Origin: a virus
Taxonomy: Duplodnaviria; Caudoviricetes
IMG/VR virus record: IMGVR_UViG_3300045738_001902
Coordinates: 1-51,059 of that record
DNA: 51,059 nucleotides
Strand: one strand, 5' to 3'
Part shown: positions 26,329 to 37,095 of the stretch, piece by piece
How the letters are laid out: the number at the start of each line of letters is the position of its first letter
Numbering within the stretch: position 1 is the first letter of the stretch
Notes under the pieces: generated by a model
Seen by the model: the letters and a program-made list of their open reading frames with translations, nothing else
Databases searched by the model: none
Told to the model about the DNA's origin: nothing
Translations under genes and position numbers: made by a program

Positions 26329-28280
26329 TGGCGAGCCGACCCGAAGGTTATCGCAGCCGGATCGATCCGCGCGCCGGCGCCCCCATGCCGGAGGTCAGCG
26401 CCGCAGCCTATGGCGCGGAAGCGGCCAATGCGGTGATCCAGCTGGGCGAGACGATCCAGTCCGAGAAGCTCCAGAACTACCGGATCGAGCGCAAGCTCGA
26501 CCAGAACCGCCAGTGGACCGGTTTCCAGACCGGCTATGCGGCGGTGCGCGAAGAGATGGCCACGGCCGCGCGCGAGGGCCGGCAAAGCGATGCGCCGGGC
26601 CATGCGGACCGGATGGCCGAGCTTTATCGCGAGCGGCAGACAGCGCTGCTCGAGGGGATCGGCGACGACGAAGTGCGCCGGCGGGCAAAGGGCTCGCTCG
26701 AGGACTGGGGCGCCCAGTTCCGTACCGGCGAGGCCGATTGGGAGACATTGCGCGCCGGGGAAGTCGCGGCCGAGCAGTTCGAGCAGAGCCGCGACGCCAG
26801 CGCGAACCGCGTCCGGAGGCTGGAAAGCCCGCAGGACTATGGTCTCGAGCTGGAAATCCAGCTCGACGCGATCGACGGGCTGGCGGCGTCTGACAAGGTC
26901 AAGGAGCAGCTGCGCGAGGAAACCGAGCAGGTGCTCGCGATCGGCTTCCTGCAGGGCCGGATCGACAGTGATCCGCAAGTCGCGAAGGTGATGCTCGAGA
27001 GCGGCGCGTTCGACGAAGTTCTGCAGCCCAACCAGGTCGAGGCCTTGCTCAATGGCAGCGCGGTCGAAATGCGGCGGATCGACGCGGCGCAACAGCAGGC
27101 GATCGCGCAGGAGAAATCCGAGTTCCGCGAGACCTTGCGCGATTTCAACGTCCGCGAAGGGCAGGGCCGCGATGTCACCGCCGAGATCCCTGCGCTCCTC
27201 GAGCGGGCGCGCGCCTATGGCATGGACGATGTCGTCAGCCAGCTCGAGGGTTCGGCGACGACGGCCGAGTTCGGGCGGGTTTATGAAGGCGCGAGCCCTA
27301 TCCAGCTAGAGCAGCGACTTGCGGAGCTGGGCGCCAAGGACAGCCTTACCGATCAGGAGGCGATGGAGCGTCAGTGGATCGAGGACAAGCTGCCGTCGAT
27401 CTCGACCCGCTTCAACGACGATCCGGTGGGGTTCTATGCGCGCGAGGGCGGGGCCGGTGCTCCCCCTCCGCTCGACTTCGAGGACCCGGCATCGATCGCC
27501 GCGCGGTCGCGCTGGGCGGCGGGCGCGGCAGGCGCAAGCGGTCGCCCGGTTCCGGTCCTGTCCAAGGGCGAAGCCGACCAGCTACGCAGCACATACGAGG
27601 ACGGCCGGCAGGGCGAGGCGCAGGTGATGGCGCTGCTCGACCGGCTGCCGGTAGCGCAGCGGATGGCGGCCGCGAAGATGATCGACCCGGGCGACCGGAC
27701 GCTGCCGATCGTGGCGACGCTCAATCCGGCCTCGCGGGCGCAGGCCCGGCGGGGTCGCGAGGCATTGCGGGCGAACGGCAAGCTGCTCTCCGAGATCATC
27801 AAGGCCGATATGGATCTCGAGGAGGACGTGCTCGAGGTCAACCGGCAGTTCGAGCGGGCGCTGGTCGCGGTTCCGCCCGATCAGCGCAACGCGATCTTCG
27901 AGACCGCAAAACAACTCGCGGCGGGGCAGGTCGACAAGTTCGGCGGGGGAATGGACGGGCGGCTGTGGCGCCTGGTGCTCAGCCAGGCAGTCGGCGCGCA
28001 GAACGTCAATGGGGAGCGCCGCGGTGGCTTCGCGATCTGGGGCGACCGCTGGTTTCTCGTGCCCGAGGGCCGCACCGCCAACGAGTTCCGCGATATCGTG
28101 CTGCGAACCGCCGCGCGCGGCGAGGTCAAGCCGGTCAATCCCGATGGTTCGCCGGCGCGGCTCGGGCGGGCGTTCCCGGTCGCGGTGGGTGGCGGGCTCT
28201 ACGAATACCGGACGGCAAGCGGTGCGGTTGTGATGGGCAACAACGGCAAGCCCTGGCGCGTAAAGGTTCCGGGCCAGTGA
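26328..28280 (+). CDS. Ejection (internal virion) protein, 650 aa
   Basis: Helical, E/A/R/Q-rich; synteny. Confidence 0.7.
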   Translation: MASRPEGYRSRIDPRAGAPMPEVSAAAYGAEAANAVIQLGETIQSEKLQNYRIERKLDQNRQWTGFQTGYAAVREEMATAAREGRQSDAPGHADRMAELYRERQTALLEGIGDDEVRRRAKGSLEDWGAQFRTGEADWETLRAGEVAAEQFEQSRDASANRVRRLESPQDYGLELEIQLDAIDGLAASDKVKEQLREETEQVLAIGFLQGRIDSDPQVAKVMLESGAFDEVLQPNQVEALLNGSAVEMRRIDAAQQQAIAQEKSEFRETLRDFNVREGQGRDVTAEIPALLERARAYGMDDVVSQLEGSATTAEFGRVYEGASPIQLEQRLAELGAKDSLTDQEAMERQWIEDKLPSISTRFNDDPVGFYAREGGAGAPPPLDFEDPASIAARSRWAAGAAGASGRPVPVLSKGEADQLRSTYEDGRQGEAQVMALLDRLPVAQRMAAAKMIDPGDRTLPIVATLNPASRAQARRGREALRANGKLLSEIIKADMDLEEDVLEVNRQFERALVAVPPDQRNAIFETAKQLAAGQVDKFGGGMDGRLWRLVLSQAVGAQNVNGERRGGFAIWGDRWFLVPEGRTANEFRDIVLRTAARGEVKPVNPDGSPARLGRAFPVAVGGGLYEYRTASGAVVMGNNGKPWRVKVPGQ

Positions 28281-31200
28281 GCGGGCCGGTCCTCGATTTC
28301 GATCCGCAGGCCGCGAGCCTGCCGCAGGCGCGCGCGGCCGAGACGCGCGAAGCGCCCGGCATGCTGGATCTGATCGGCGCCGGTGCCAGGGTCGAGGCGG
28401 ACCGGGTCGATCAGGTGCAGGATCTGCGCCGGGCGGAAGCCTATCGGCCCCTGATCGAGGCGCTGGTGGAGAACGGCGTCGATCGCCGAGATCTGCATCA
28501 CGGCGCTCCGGGGATGTTCGGGATCGGCCCGGAACTGCTCGGCATGCCGGATTACGAGCGCATCTGGCGTGAGGCACGGCGGCGCGGAGTCGACGGGCTG
28601 CCCGAGACCCGCGAGGCGTTCGAGCAGAATGCGTTCCGGAGGGGTGGAGAGCGCGATCGCGACCAGGAGACGCTCGGCCGCGCAGAAGGCGTCGCCGGCG
28701 TGGCGGCAGGCTTCGTCGGCGCGATGGCAGGCAGCTTCGCGGATCCGATCAACGTCTATTCGCTGCCCTTCGGCGGCGCCGGCCGGACGATCGCGCAGCG
28801 GATCCTTTCCGAAGGCCTGGTCGGCGCCGGCGTCGAGGGAGCGCAGGCGCTGAGCATGAGCGACAATTACGCGCGGATGGGGGAGGAATACGGCATAGCC
28901 GAGGCGGCGCAGGACATCGCGGTCGCCGGAGCGGGCGCCGCGGCGCTGCGTGGCGGGATCGAGATCGCGCCGGGGATCGATGCGCGCGCCTACGATTTGG
29001 CGCGGCCGGTGCGCGAAGCGATCGACGGCGCGTTCGCCGAGCGCGATATCGCGCGGGCTTTCGCGCGGTCGGTCCCGGAAGAGTTGCGCACGCCCGAACA
29101 GGAGGCGGCGCTGCACCTGCTGACCCGGCAGGCGGAGGTCGAGGAATCCAGCCCCTATGTCGCGACCCACGAAGCGGTCGATCGCCATGTCTCGCAGATG
29201 GAAGAGGCGCTGGCCGCGCTCGAGGAGGGACGGATTGCGCGTCCGGTCGAGCCCGGGGGGGAAATGCGGCCGGAGGTGGAGGAAGTCGCTCCGCTCGCGC
29301 CGGCGCGCGCGGCGCAGTCGGTGCCATCTGCAGCGGCGGCGGCCCGCGCCGATTTCGGACAGGTGAAGGCGGCGATCCGGGGACCGGAAAGCGGCGGGAA
29401 CGACGGTGCGGAGAACGCGCTGGGATCCTCCGCCAGCGGGCGGTACCAGTTCATCGAGAGCACCTTCAAGCGGCTCTATGCGCGCGAATTCGGCGGGGGC
29501 GGCGGCGCGGCGTCGCGCGCCTGGGCGACGCGGCGCTTCGACGTCGGGATCCAGGAGCGGTTGATGGATCGGCTTCTGGCGGACAATGCGAGCCAGCTGG
29601 AGCGCGCCGGCGTGGTCGCCGACACCGGCAATCTCTACCTCGCCCACTTCGCCGGCGCTGCGAAAGCGGTGGAGCTGGCGCGCGCGCCGCGCGATGCGCC
29701 GGTGAGCGCCTATTTCTCGCAGCGCGCGATCGCGCAGAACCCGGCCTATCTGGGTGGCGGCAAGACGGTCGGCCAGGCGATCGATGTCATTCGCGGCAAG
29801 GTGGGTGGCGGTGTCGGCGTGCCGGCGGCGGGCGCGCGCGAGACCAGGCTCGGTAATCTCGAGCTCGACGACGAACCCGTGCTGCGCCCCGAGGCGCTCG
29901 ATGCCGAACGGCCGCTGGTCTCGGTGGGCGGGCAGGCTGTGCCGATCGCGCGGATCGAGGCAAGTGCAATCGGGGTCGATGCCGAGCTGATGCAGTTCAA
30001 GAGCGGCGGCGATGCCTTCGGCGTGACCGACCGGCTGCAGGGGATCGAGGAATGGGACCCGATCGCGGCCGGGATGGTGACGGTGTGGGAAGGCGCGGAC
30101 GGGCGCCGGTTGATCGCCGATGGTCACCAGCGGCTCGGGCTCGCCAGGCGGATCGAGGCGCAGGGCGGCGGGTCGATCGGGCTCAACGCTTTCGTGCTGC
30201 GCGAAAGCGAGGGCTATTCGGAGGTGGATGCGCGGATCGTCACCGCATTGAAGAACATCGGCGAGGGCACCGGCACGGCGGTGGATGCGGCCAAGGTGTT
30301 TCGCGATGTCGGGCCGGAAGGCGAGGCGCTGCTGCGGCGGCTGCCGCCACGCTCGGCGCTGGTGCGAGACGGCAAGGCGCTGTCGCGTCTCGGCGACGAT
30401 GCGTTCGGCGCGGTGGTCAACGAAGTCATCCCGGAAAATTACGGTGCCGCGATCGGCGCGCTGGTGCCCGATCGGGCGCTGCATTCGGCGATGGTGCGGA
30501 TCCTCGTCGAGACCGAACCGCCCAACCGCGTCCAGGCCGAGGCGATCCTGCGGCAAGCTCTCGAGGCGGGCTTTACCAGGGAGACGCAGGACAGCCTGTT
30601 CGGAAGCGAGGAACTGGTCACCGGACTGTTCGCCCAACGCGCCAAGCTGCTCGACCGGGCCTTGCGCGAAATGCGCAAGATGAAGGGCGCGTTCCAGGTC
30701 GCCGCGCGCAATGCCGAGACGCTGGAAAGCGGCGGCAACCGGATCGACGTGGCGGGCAGCCAGGCTTCGGCGGACGGCAATGCGCGCGCGCTTGCGCTGG
30801 TCGATCGGCTTGCGCTAAGAAAGGGAAATGCGGTCAATGAACTTCTCGACCAGGCAGCAAGGCGGCTCGCCGACGGCGACCGGATCGCCGCGGTCCTCCG
30901 CGACTTCGTCGCCGGGATCCGAGGGCTCGACCTCGACAAGCTTGATGTCGGCGGAGAGGCTGGATCAGCTCGCGCAGCTGGCGACGGGGCTGGCGGAAGC
31001 GGACGCGCTGGCGAGCCTCAAGGGCAGGCTGGCCAATACGCTCGGGACGAAGCCGCTCGGGACTCGGGCGAAGAACTGACCCCGCGCGAGCGCGATGCGC
31101 TTGCCGAACAGGGTGACCACTCCCCTCTCATAGACGACGACGCGGCGCGACTCTTCGACGACGACGCCGGCGATGGCGTGCGTTCGGTCTCGGAGAGCGT

Positions 31201-31471
31201 CTGGCACGATATCGAGGCCCAGGCAGATTTCGCCGCGCCTACCGCTGCGCAGCGCCGGACCGCGCTCGAACAGCAGGCGGAGGGCCGTGCCCGCGCTGTC
31301 GCGCCCCAGCGTGCCGCCGGAGAAGACGGCGGGCTGTTCGACAACCAGGACACCACCGGATCCCTATTCGATCTCGACGACGGCAAGGGGCCGCGCGCCG
31401 CGGCTGCGATCCGGGGCGAGATCGAGGCCGAGCGCAGCGGGCTCGAGGAGATCCGCAAATGTCTGAAATGA
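28277..31471 (+). CDS. Large multidomain ejection protein with lytic transglycosylase-like and ParB-like domains, 1064 aa
   Basis: GTG start; ESGGN...SSASGRYQFIESTF...LYLAHFAG; IADGHQR. Confidence 0.75.
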   Translation: MSGPVLDFDPQAASLPQARAAETREAPGMLDLIGAGARVEADRVDQVQDLRRAEAYRPLIEALVENGVDRRDLHHGAPGMFGIGPELLGMPDYERIWREARRRGVDGLPETREAFEQNAFRRGGERDRDQETLGRAEGVAGVAAGFVGAMAGSFADPINVYSLPFGGAGRTIAQRILSEGLVGAGVEGAQALSMSDNYARMGEEYGIAEAAQDIAVAGAGAAALRGGIEIAPGIDARAYDLARPVREAIDGAFAERDIARAFARSVPEELRTPEQEAALHLLTRQAEVEESSPYVATHEAVDRHVSQMEEALAALEEGRIARPVEPGGEMRPEVEEVAPLAPARAAQSVPSAAAAARADFGQVKAAIRGPESGGNDGAENALGSSASGRYQFIESTFKRLYAREFGGGGGAASRAWATRRFDVGIQERLMDRLLADNASQLERAGVVADTGNLYLAHFAGAAKAVELARAPRDAPVSAYFSQRAIAQNPAYLGGGKTVGQAIDVIRGKVGGGVGVPAAGARETRLGNLELDDEPVLRPEALDAERPLVSVGGQAVPIARIEASAIGVDAELMQFKSGGDAFGVTDRLQGIEEWDPIAAGMVTVWEGADGRRLIADGHQRLGLARRIEAQGGGSIGLNAFVLRESEGYSEVDARIVTALKNIGEGTGTAVDAAKVFRDVGPEGEALLRRLPPRSALVRDGKALSRLGDDAFGAVVNEVIPENYGAAIGALVPDRALHSAMVRILVETEPPNRVQAEAILRQALEAGFTRETQDSLFGSEELVTGLFAQRAKLLDRALREMRKMKGAFQVAARNAETLESGGNRIDVAGSQASADGNARALALVDRLALRKGNAVNELLDQAARRLADGDRIAAVLRDFVAGIRGLDLDKLDVGGEAGSARAAGDGAGGSGRAGEPQGQAGQYARDEAARDSGEELTPRERDALAEQGDHSPLIDDDAARLFDDDAGDGVRSVSESVWHDIEAQADFAAPTAAQRRTALEQQAEGRARAVAPQRAAGEDGGLFDNQDTTGSLFDLDDGKGPRAAAAIRGEIEAERSGLEEIRKCLK

Positions 31472-31483
31472 GGAGCTGACACC

Positions 31484-31771
31484 ATGGCGATCGAATTGAC
31501 GTTTCACGGGTTCCGGACGGTGGATGCCGGCGGCGCCCACACGCCGCACCTGCCGGCGCAGACCGGAGATGCGGTGACGGTCGCGGACGGCGCGGTCTCG
31601 GCCGGACTCGCAGACGGCGGGATCTATCGCGTCGTCGCGACCAGCGCCTGCCGGGTCCGCTTTGGAAGCGATCCCGCCGATGCGACCGGCGGCGAATACT
31701 GGCCGCAGGGCCATGTCGCGCTGCGCACTGTCGCCGGTGCCAGCAAGGTCGCGGTGGACGCAATCGCGTGA
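31484..31771 (+). CDS. Small beta-rich virion-region protein, 95 aa
   Basis: RBS GAGGAG; YRVVATSACRVRFGSDP. Confidence 0.65.
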   Translation: MAIELTFHGFRTVDAGGAHTPHLPAQTGDAVTVADGAVSAGLADGGIYRVVATSACRVRFGSDPADATGGEYWPQGHVALRTVAGASKVAVDAIA

Positions 31772-34239
31772 GCCTGGGCGCGTGCCTCCCAGGACTTGCC
31801 GCCGAGGGCAAGATCAGCGCCGACCAGGCGGCGGAGGCGCGTGTGCTCTATGACGAGCTGCTGGAGGAATACGCGCGCAGCGGGAGCCGCGAGAGCGCCG
31901 AGGCACTGGCGAGCACCGCGGCGATCGCCGCGATGGAGCGGCGGATCACTCGCAAGGAATTCCTCGCCGGGCTGACGATCCGCCGCCGCCAGGCGATCGC
32001 GGCCGATCTGGCTTCCTACGGCAGCGACATCGGCGATGCGCGGTTCAAATCGCAGCCGGCGGGCGGCGGCGAGGGTGGCCCGCCGATCGATCCCGGTGCC
32101 GCGACCGCGCTGATCGGCGGGCGCGATCCGCGCGCGCGGTTCTCGAGCGTGGAGGGCCGGCGGCGGGCGATCGTGGGCGATGCGCAGATCGAGCTCGACC
32201 GGTTCCTCGCGGAGCATTCGGCCAATCTTAGGGGCAAGGTGCGCAACAAGGCGCAGCTGACCGACATGGTGCGCGAGCTGTTCGGCGAGGACAGCGGCAA
32301 CGCCAGCGCGCGGGCGATGGCCGAAGCCTGGCGGCGCACCTCGGAGCGGCTGCGCCAGCGGTTCAACGCCGCCGGCGGCGACATCGGTTTCCGCGCGGAC
32401 TGGGGCCTGCCGCAGGCACACGACTGGCAGAAGGTCCGCAAGGCGGGTTACGCTGCCTGGCGCGAAGCGATCTGGGGCCGGTTGGATCGCCAGAAGATGA
32501 TCGACGGCCGCACCGGGCGTCAGTTCTCCGACGATGCGCTGGAAGAGGTGCTCAGCGACGTCTGGGAGACGATCCGGAGCGACGGGACCTTCGACATGAC
32601 GCCGGGAGCTCCGGGCGGCAAGGCGCTGGCCAACCAGCGGACCGATGCGCGCTTCCTCGCGTTCAAGTCTGCCGACGACTGGATGGGCTACCAGCAGGAG
32701 TTCGGGACGGTCGACGCCTATAGCGCGATGGTCGGCCATATCGAGGGGATGGCGCGCGATATCGCGGCGCTCGAGATCCTCGGGCCCAACCCGAATGCGA
32801 CCCTGCAATGGGTCAAGGACACGGTGACGCAGAGCGCCGGCCGCGATCGTTCGCCCGATGCCAAGGGACCCAAGCGCGCCGAGACGGCAGGGCGTGCGGT
32901 CGACCGGTTGTGGGACGAATATCGCGGAGCGCATCAGGCGGTCGACAACGAGTGGATCGCACTCGGCTTTTCGGGGCTGCGCGCCTTTCAGGTTGCGACC
33001 AAGCTGGGCGGCGCGGCGCTCACCGCGGTCAGCGATGCCGCGTTCTTCCGCACCCGCAAGAAGTTCAACGGGCTCGCCAGTGCGCGCGGGGTTCCCGGCT
33101 ATCTCAAGCTGATGGCGCCGGGCTCGATCGAGGCGCAGAAGATGGCGGTGCGCCGCGGGCTGATTGCCGAGGAATGGTCGAGCCGCACGGCGGGGCAGAG
33201 CCGGTTCCTGATGGAGGAGCTGACCGGGCATATCCCGCGCACGTTGGCGAGCGCGGTGCTGCGGATCTCGCTGCTCAATCGCCACACGCAGTCGCTGCGC
33301 TGGGTCTATGGCATGGAATCGATCGCTACCTATACCGAGGCGGTCGGCAAGGGCTTCGGCGAGCTCGAGCCGGAATTGCGCAGCGCGCTGCAGCGCTACG
33401 GCATGGGCGCCGAGGAATGGGACCGGATCCGCTCCGCGCCGCTCGAGCAGGACGGCGGGGTGGAATGGCTCGCGCCGCACAATCTCGAGGATCGCCAGCT
33501 GGCGGCGCGGTTCATGGAGATGATCCACACCGAAAAGGATATCGCGGTGCCGGTCGCGGATCTCGAGACGCGCTCGTTGTTCAATTCGATGCTGCCGCGC
33601 GGGACCCTGCGCGGCGAGATCGGGCGCAGCGCTCTCCAGTTCAAGAGCTTCGGCCTCTCGGTGCTGCTTTCGCAGTCGAAGCAGGTGATGGCGATGAACA
33701 CCGGAACTGCGGCGCGTTATGCTGGCGGTCTGCTGCTCGGAACGACGTTGATGGGCGGGGTCGCGATGCAACTCAAGGCGATCGCGGCAGGCAAGGATCC
33801 GCGTCCGATGGAAGACGGCGATTTCTGGTTTGCTGCCCTGCTGCAGGGCGGCGGTCTCGGGATCTACGGCGACTTCCTCTATGCGGCCGAGAGCCGATCG
33901 GGCGGCGGGTTCGCGCAGACGCTCGCCGGGCCGCTGGTCGACGACGTCCAGGGGGTCGCCAATCTCGCCAAGGCGAAGGATCCGCGCCGCAGCCTGGTGC
34001 GCGAAGCGAAGGGATTCCTGCCGGGTAACAACCTCTGGTACGCCCGCACAGCCTTCGATCGGATGGTCGCCGACCAGATCGACGAAGAGATCAATCCCGA
34101 CATCCGCAATTCGCGCCGCCGGCTCGAACGCTACGCCGCCGAGCAGGGCACCGATTACTGGTGGTCGCCCGGCGACACCGCACCCGAGCGCGCGCCTGAT
34201 CTGGCCAACGCCCTGGAAGAAGGCCCTATCGATGAATGA
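31768..34239 (+). CDS. Large internal virion/ejection protein, 823 aa
   Basis: WGLPQAHD, GRSALQFKSF, QGGGLGIYGDFL, PGNNLWY motifs; hydrophobic C-terminal segments. Confidence 0.8.
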   Translation: MSLGACLPGLAAEGKISADQAAEARVLYDELLEEYARSGSRESAEALASTAAIAAMERRITRKEFLAGLTIRRRQAIAADLASYGSDIGDARFKSQPAGGGEGGPPIDPGAATALIGGRDPRARFSSVEGRRRAIVGDAQIELDRFLAEHSANLRGKVRNKAQLTDMVRELFGEDSGNASARAMAEAWRRTSERLRQRFNAAGGDIGFRADWGLPQAHDWQKVRKAGYAAWREAIWGRLDRQKMIDGRTGRQFSDDALEEVLSDVWETIRSDGTFDMTPGAPGGKALANQRTDARFLAFKSADDWMGYQQEFGTVDAYSAMVGHIEGMARDIAALEILGPNPNATLQWVKDTVTQSAGRDRSPDAKGPKRAETAGRAVDRLWDEYRGAHQAVDNEWIALGFSGLRAFQVATKLGGAALTAVSDAAFFRTRKKFNGLASARGVPGYLKLMAPGSIEAQKMAVRRGLIAEEWSSRTAGQSRFLMEELTGHIPRTLASAVLRISLLNRHTQSLRWVYGMESIATYTEAVGKGFGELEPELRSALQRYGMGAEEWDRIRSAPLEQDGGVEWLAPHNLEDRQLAARFMEMIHTEKDIAVPVADLETRSLFNSMLPRGTLRGEIGRSALQFKSFGLSVLLSQSKQVMAMNTGTAARYAGGLLLGTTLMGGVAMQLKAIAAGKDPRPMEDGDFWFAALLQGGGLGIYGDFLYAAESRSGGGFAQTLAGPLVDDVQGVANLAKAKDPRRSLVREAKGFLPGNNLWYARTAFDRMVADQIDEEINPDIRNSRRRLERYAAEQGTDYWWSPGDTAPERAPDLANALEEGPIDE

Positions 34240-34248
34240 GGTGAAGCC

Positions 34249-37095
34249 ATGACCGTCGCCGAGCAAATCCCGCGCGTCGAGTATCTCGAGGATGCCAGCA
34301 CGGTCTCCTTCCCGGTTCCGTTCCGATATCGCGCGCCGGCTGATATCAAGGCGAGCCGGCGTTCGGCGACCGGTCCTGCGGTGCAGCTGGTCTTCGGGAC
34401 CGACTACAGCGTCTCGCCGGGCGATACGAATGCGGGCGGCACGCTGACCGTGACCGCCGCCGCTGTCGATGGAACCGTGCTGGAGATCTGGCGGGAGACC
34501 CCGCGGGTGCAGGATGCCGATTACACGGCATCGGGACCGTTCAAGGCGGAAAGCCATGAAGCCGCGATGGATCGCGCGATCCTCGTGGCGCAGGAGAACG
34601 ATCTCGATATCGCGCGAACCGCGCGGGTGCCGAGCGGCGAGCCTGGTCTGACGATTCCGCCCGCAGCTGAACGCAAGGGGAAATACTGGCTCTACGATCC
34701 GTTCACGGGGCAACCGGCGCTGGACGATCCCGACAATTTCGCGGCGCCGGCGCGGGGGGAGGCGGACCGGTCGGCGCTCGAGGCGGACAGGGCCGAGAGC
34801 GCGCTGCTGGCGACGGAGCTGGTGCGCGACCAGGCGGCCGATCTCGTGCTGCCGGAAAACATCTTCGTCAACACGACCCTCGAGATTGCCGAACTGGACA
34901 CCGCTCCGGGTGTGACCTTCAAGCTGGTGAACCTCGAAACGGGCATCGCCACCGTCTATCTGCGTACCGAGGGTGGATCGACCGAGCTTTATTCCGAAGC
35001 CTCGACGGCAGCGCTTGCTGCTGCGACCGGATCGGGCAAGGTGGGGTTCGACCAAATCGGGGGAGCCGCCGAGCCGGGCACCGTGGCAGCCCGCCTGCGG
35101 GAATCGCCTTCTCCTTTCGATCCGGCTTTTGGTGTCGTCGGAGAGAATGGCGTCGACGACACCGCCGCCTGGCAGATCTATTTCAATTACTGCCGCGCGA
35201 ACGGCTACGTTCCGCATTCGCCCCGGCCGGTGATCAGCGAGATTTCCGACACACTCGTTCTGAAGCCGTATTACAATCTGCTCGACAATTTCGCCGTTCG
35301 ATCGTCCGGGGCTGCAATGCTCGGGAACGTCACGTTCCTCTATACGGGGCTGCGCGATCGACCGGCTCTCGAGGTGGGAACGCCGCCCGATCCTGCCAAT
35401 CCCTACGAGAACCAATGGCTGGAAAGCCGCATCGAGCTTCCCTCTGTGTTCGCGGCAGGGTTCGATGTCAGCTGGCCGGGCGGATTGAACGATGCATCGC
35501 CGGACTGCGGAATCTACATCCATCGGATGATCCGCGACCAGATCGTCGAGAACTGGGTGGCCGGGTTCACCAGTGGAATAATCTACGAGGGTTCGGCCTG
35601 GAACACGATTTCCGGCAAGCACATCGCGGATAACAAGTTCGGTCGCGTCTATACTTCGCTCGGATCGAATACCGAAGACAGCTTCACCAACGAGAACACG
35701 GTAATCGGCGGGCGGATCGGCCACACCAGCAAGTCTCGCGGCCTCGGCTTCGCTGCATTGCAGGTATTCACCTGGGACAAGGTGTCCTCCTATCGCGGGC
35801 ACAACACCAATCGCTTCATCAACCCCTGCCTCGAAAGCAGCGGCTTTGTCGAAGGCGATATCCGGGTCCCGGTGTGGTGCGATGGCGCGGGAGTGGACAA
35901 CCGCTTCGAGAAGGTCCGAATGGAAAGCTGCAACGGGCCGATCATGGTCTGTGATGGCGGTGGCTCGGGCGATTTCTGCAGGAACAACCAGATCGATCTG
36001 CTCTATGCATCCAGCGAGGAGCAGCAGATCCGCGTCGTCAACAAGGGCGGCGCGGTCAGCAATTACGTCACCGGGCTGGGCGCGCAGAAGCGGGTGTGGA
36101 GTTCGGGGGAAATCGCCTCGGGCATCAAGTCGAGCGGCGCCAGTACTGCGACGATCTGCGACCCGCGCCTGTTCTTCCTGATCGAGAACAGCCCCGCCTT
36201 CCCCGCCGACATTCGCCGGACCGTCGACTTTGTCTGGAGGGTGGGCGGGCATCGCAATGCGATCCTGTTGAACCAGGCCGGTAGCTGCAGGATCGCGGTG
36301 GCAATCGATGCGAGCTTCATCAAGGAATTCACGCTTAGCTACGCTGCCTTGCTCGGCTTTTCGGGGAGACCCAATTTCTTCGCGCTGGATGCTGCCGGAT
36401 CGCTGCTTTCCGGACTCGCCACCGAAACCGAAATCAACCCGTTGACCGGCGTAGCCTATGCCGATGAACCCTATGTCAAGGGAACCAGCTCGGCGGCGAC
36501 GGGCGGCGGGCTGATCAGCAGCGGCGGTGGCTACGGCGTCGGCACGGATTCCGAAACCTTCAAGTCGATGGCGATCAGCGTGCGCGACGAGGTGAAGACC
36601 CTGATTTTCTCCGTGACGGGGGCGTCGCGCGCGGCTGCTCTCCAAAGCATGGAAGTGATCGGCCATAGCGCCATGATGCTGCCGGGGTCGGCGTTCCCGA
36701 CGATCGACGGCATGTCGGCGCTGCACGTCTTCTCGCTGCTGGACGACAGCGCCACCATCATGGCCACGGCAAACCCCGCCACGGCGGGACGGCATGGCTA
36801 TTATGCGCGCGGTGAATCGGTGGGGAACGCGAACCCGGCATCGGGTCAGCCCCAGGGCTGGATCTGTACGACCAGCGGGTGGCTCGCCTCGGCATGGGTG
36901 GCATCGACCATCTACGACGTGCCGGGCGAACTCATCACCAGCGACGGCGGCAAGATCTACGAGCTGGTGACGCCGGGCACGGCGGCCGGGAGCGGCGGGC
37001 CGACCGGCTCGGGCTCCTGGATCGAGGATGGCACCTGCGTGTGGGCATATATCGGTGTCAAGGCGGCGTTCGCGCCCTTGGCGAACCTGCCGTGA
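34249..37095 (+). CDS. Tail fibre/tailspike with a beta-helix-like core, 948 aa
   Basis: N-terminal adaptor FPVPFRY..DI; FGVVGENGVDDTAA beta-helix entry motif; N/I/G-rich core; Trp-rich C-terminal module. Confidence 0.85.
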   Translation: MTVAEQIPRVEYLEDASTVSFPVPFRYRAPADIKASRRSATGPAVQLVFGTDYSVSPGDTNAGGTLTVTAAAVDGTVLEIWRETPRVQDADYTASGPFKAESHEAAMDRAILVAQENDLDIARTARVPSGEPGLTIPPAAERKGKYWLYDPFTGQPALDDPDNFAAPARGEADRSALEADRAESALLATELVRDQAADLVLPENIFVNTTLEIAELDTAPGVTFKLVNLETGIATVYLRTEGGSTELYSEASTAALAAATGSGKVGFDQIGGAAEPGTVAARLRESPSPFDPAFGVVGENGVDDTAAWQIYFNYCRANGYVPHSPRPVISEISDTLVLKPYYNLLDNFAVRSSGAAMLGNVTFLYTGLRDRPALEVGTPPDPANPYENQWLESRIELPSVFAAGFDVSWPGGLNDASPDCGIYIHRMIRDQIVENWVAGFTSGIIYEGSAWNTISGKHIADNKFGRVYTSLGSNTEDSFTNENTVIGGRIGHTSKSRGLGFAALQVFTWDKVSSYRGHNTNRFINPCLESSGFVEGDIRVPVWCDGAGVDNRFEKVRMESCNGPIMVCDGGGSGDFCRNNQIDLLYASSEEQQIRVVNKGGAVSNYVTGLGAQKRVWSSGEIASGIKSSGASTATICDPRLFFLIENSPAFPADIRRTVDFVWRVGGHRNAILLNQAGSCRIAVAIDASFIKEFTLSYAALLGFSGRPNFFALDAAGSLLSGLATETEINPLTGVAYADEPYVKGTSSAATGGGLISSGGGYGVGTDSETFKSMAISVRDEVKTLIFSVTGASRAAALQSMEVIGHSAMMLPGSAFPTIDGMSALHVFSLLDDSATIMATANPATAGRHGYYARGESVGNANPASGQPQGWICTTSGWLASAWVASTIYDVPGELITSDGGKIYELVTPGTAAGSGGPTGSGSWIEDGTCVWAYIGVKAAFAPLANLP

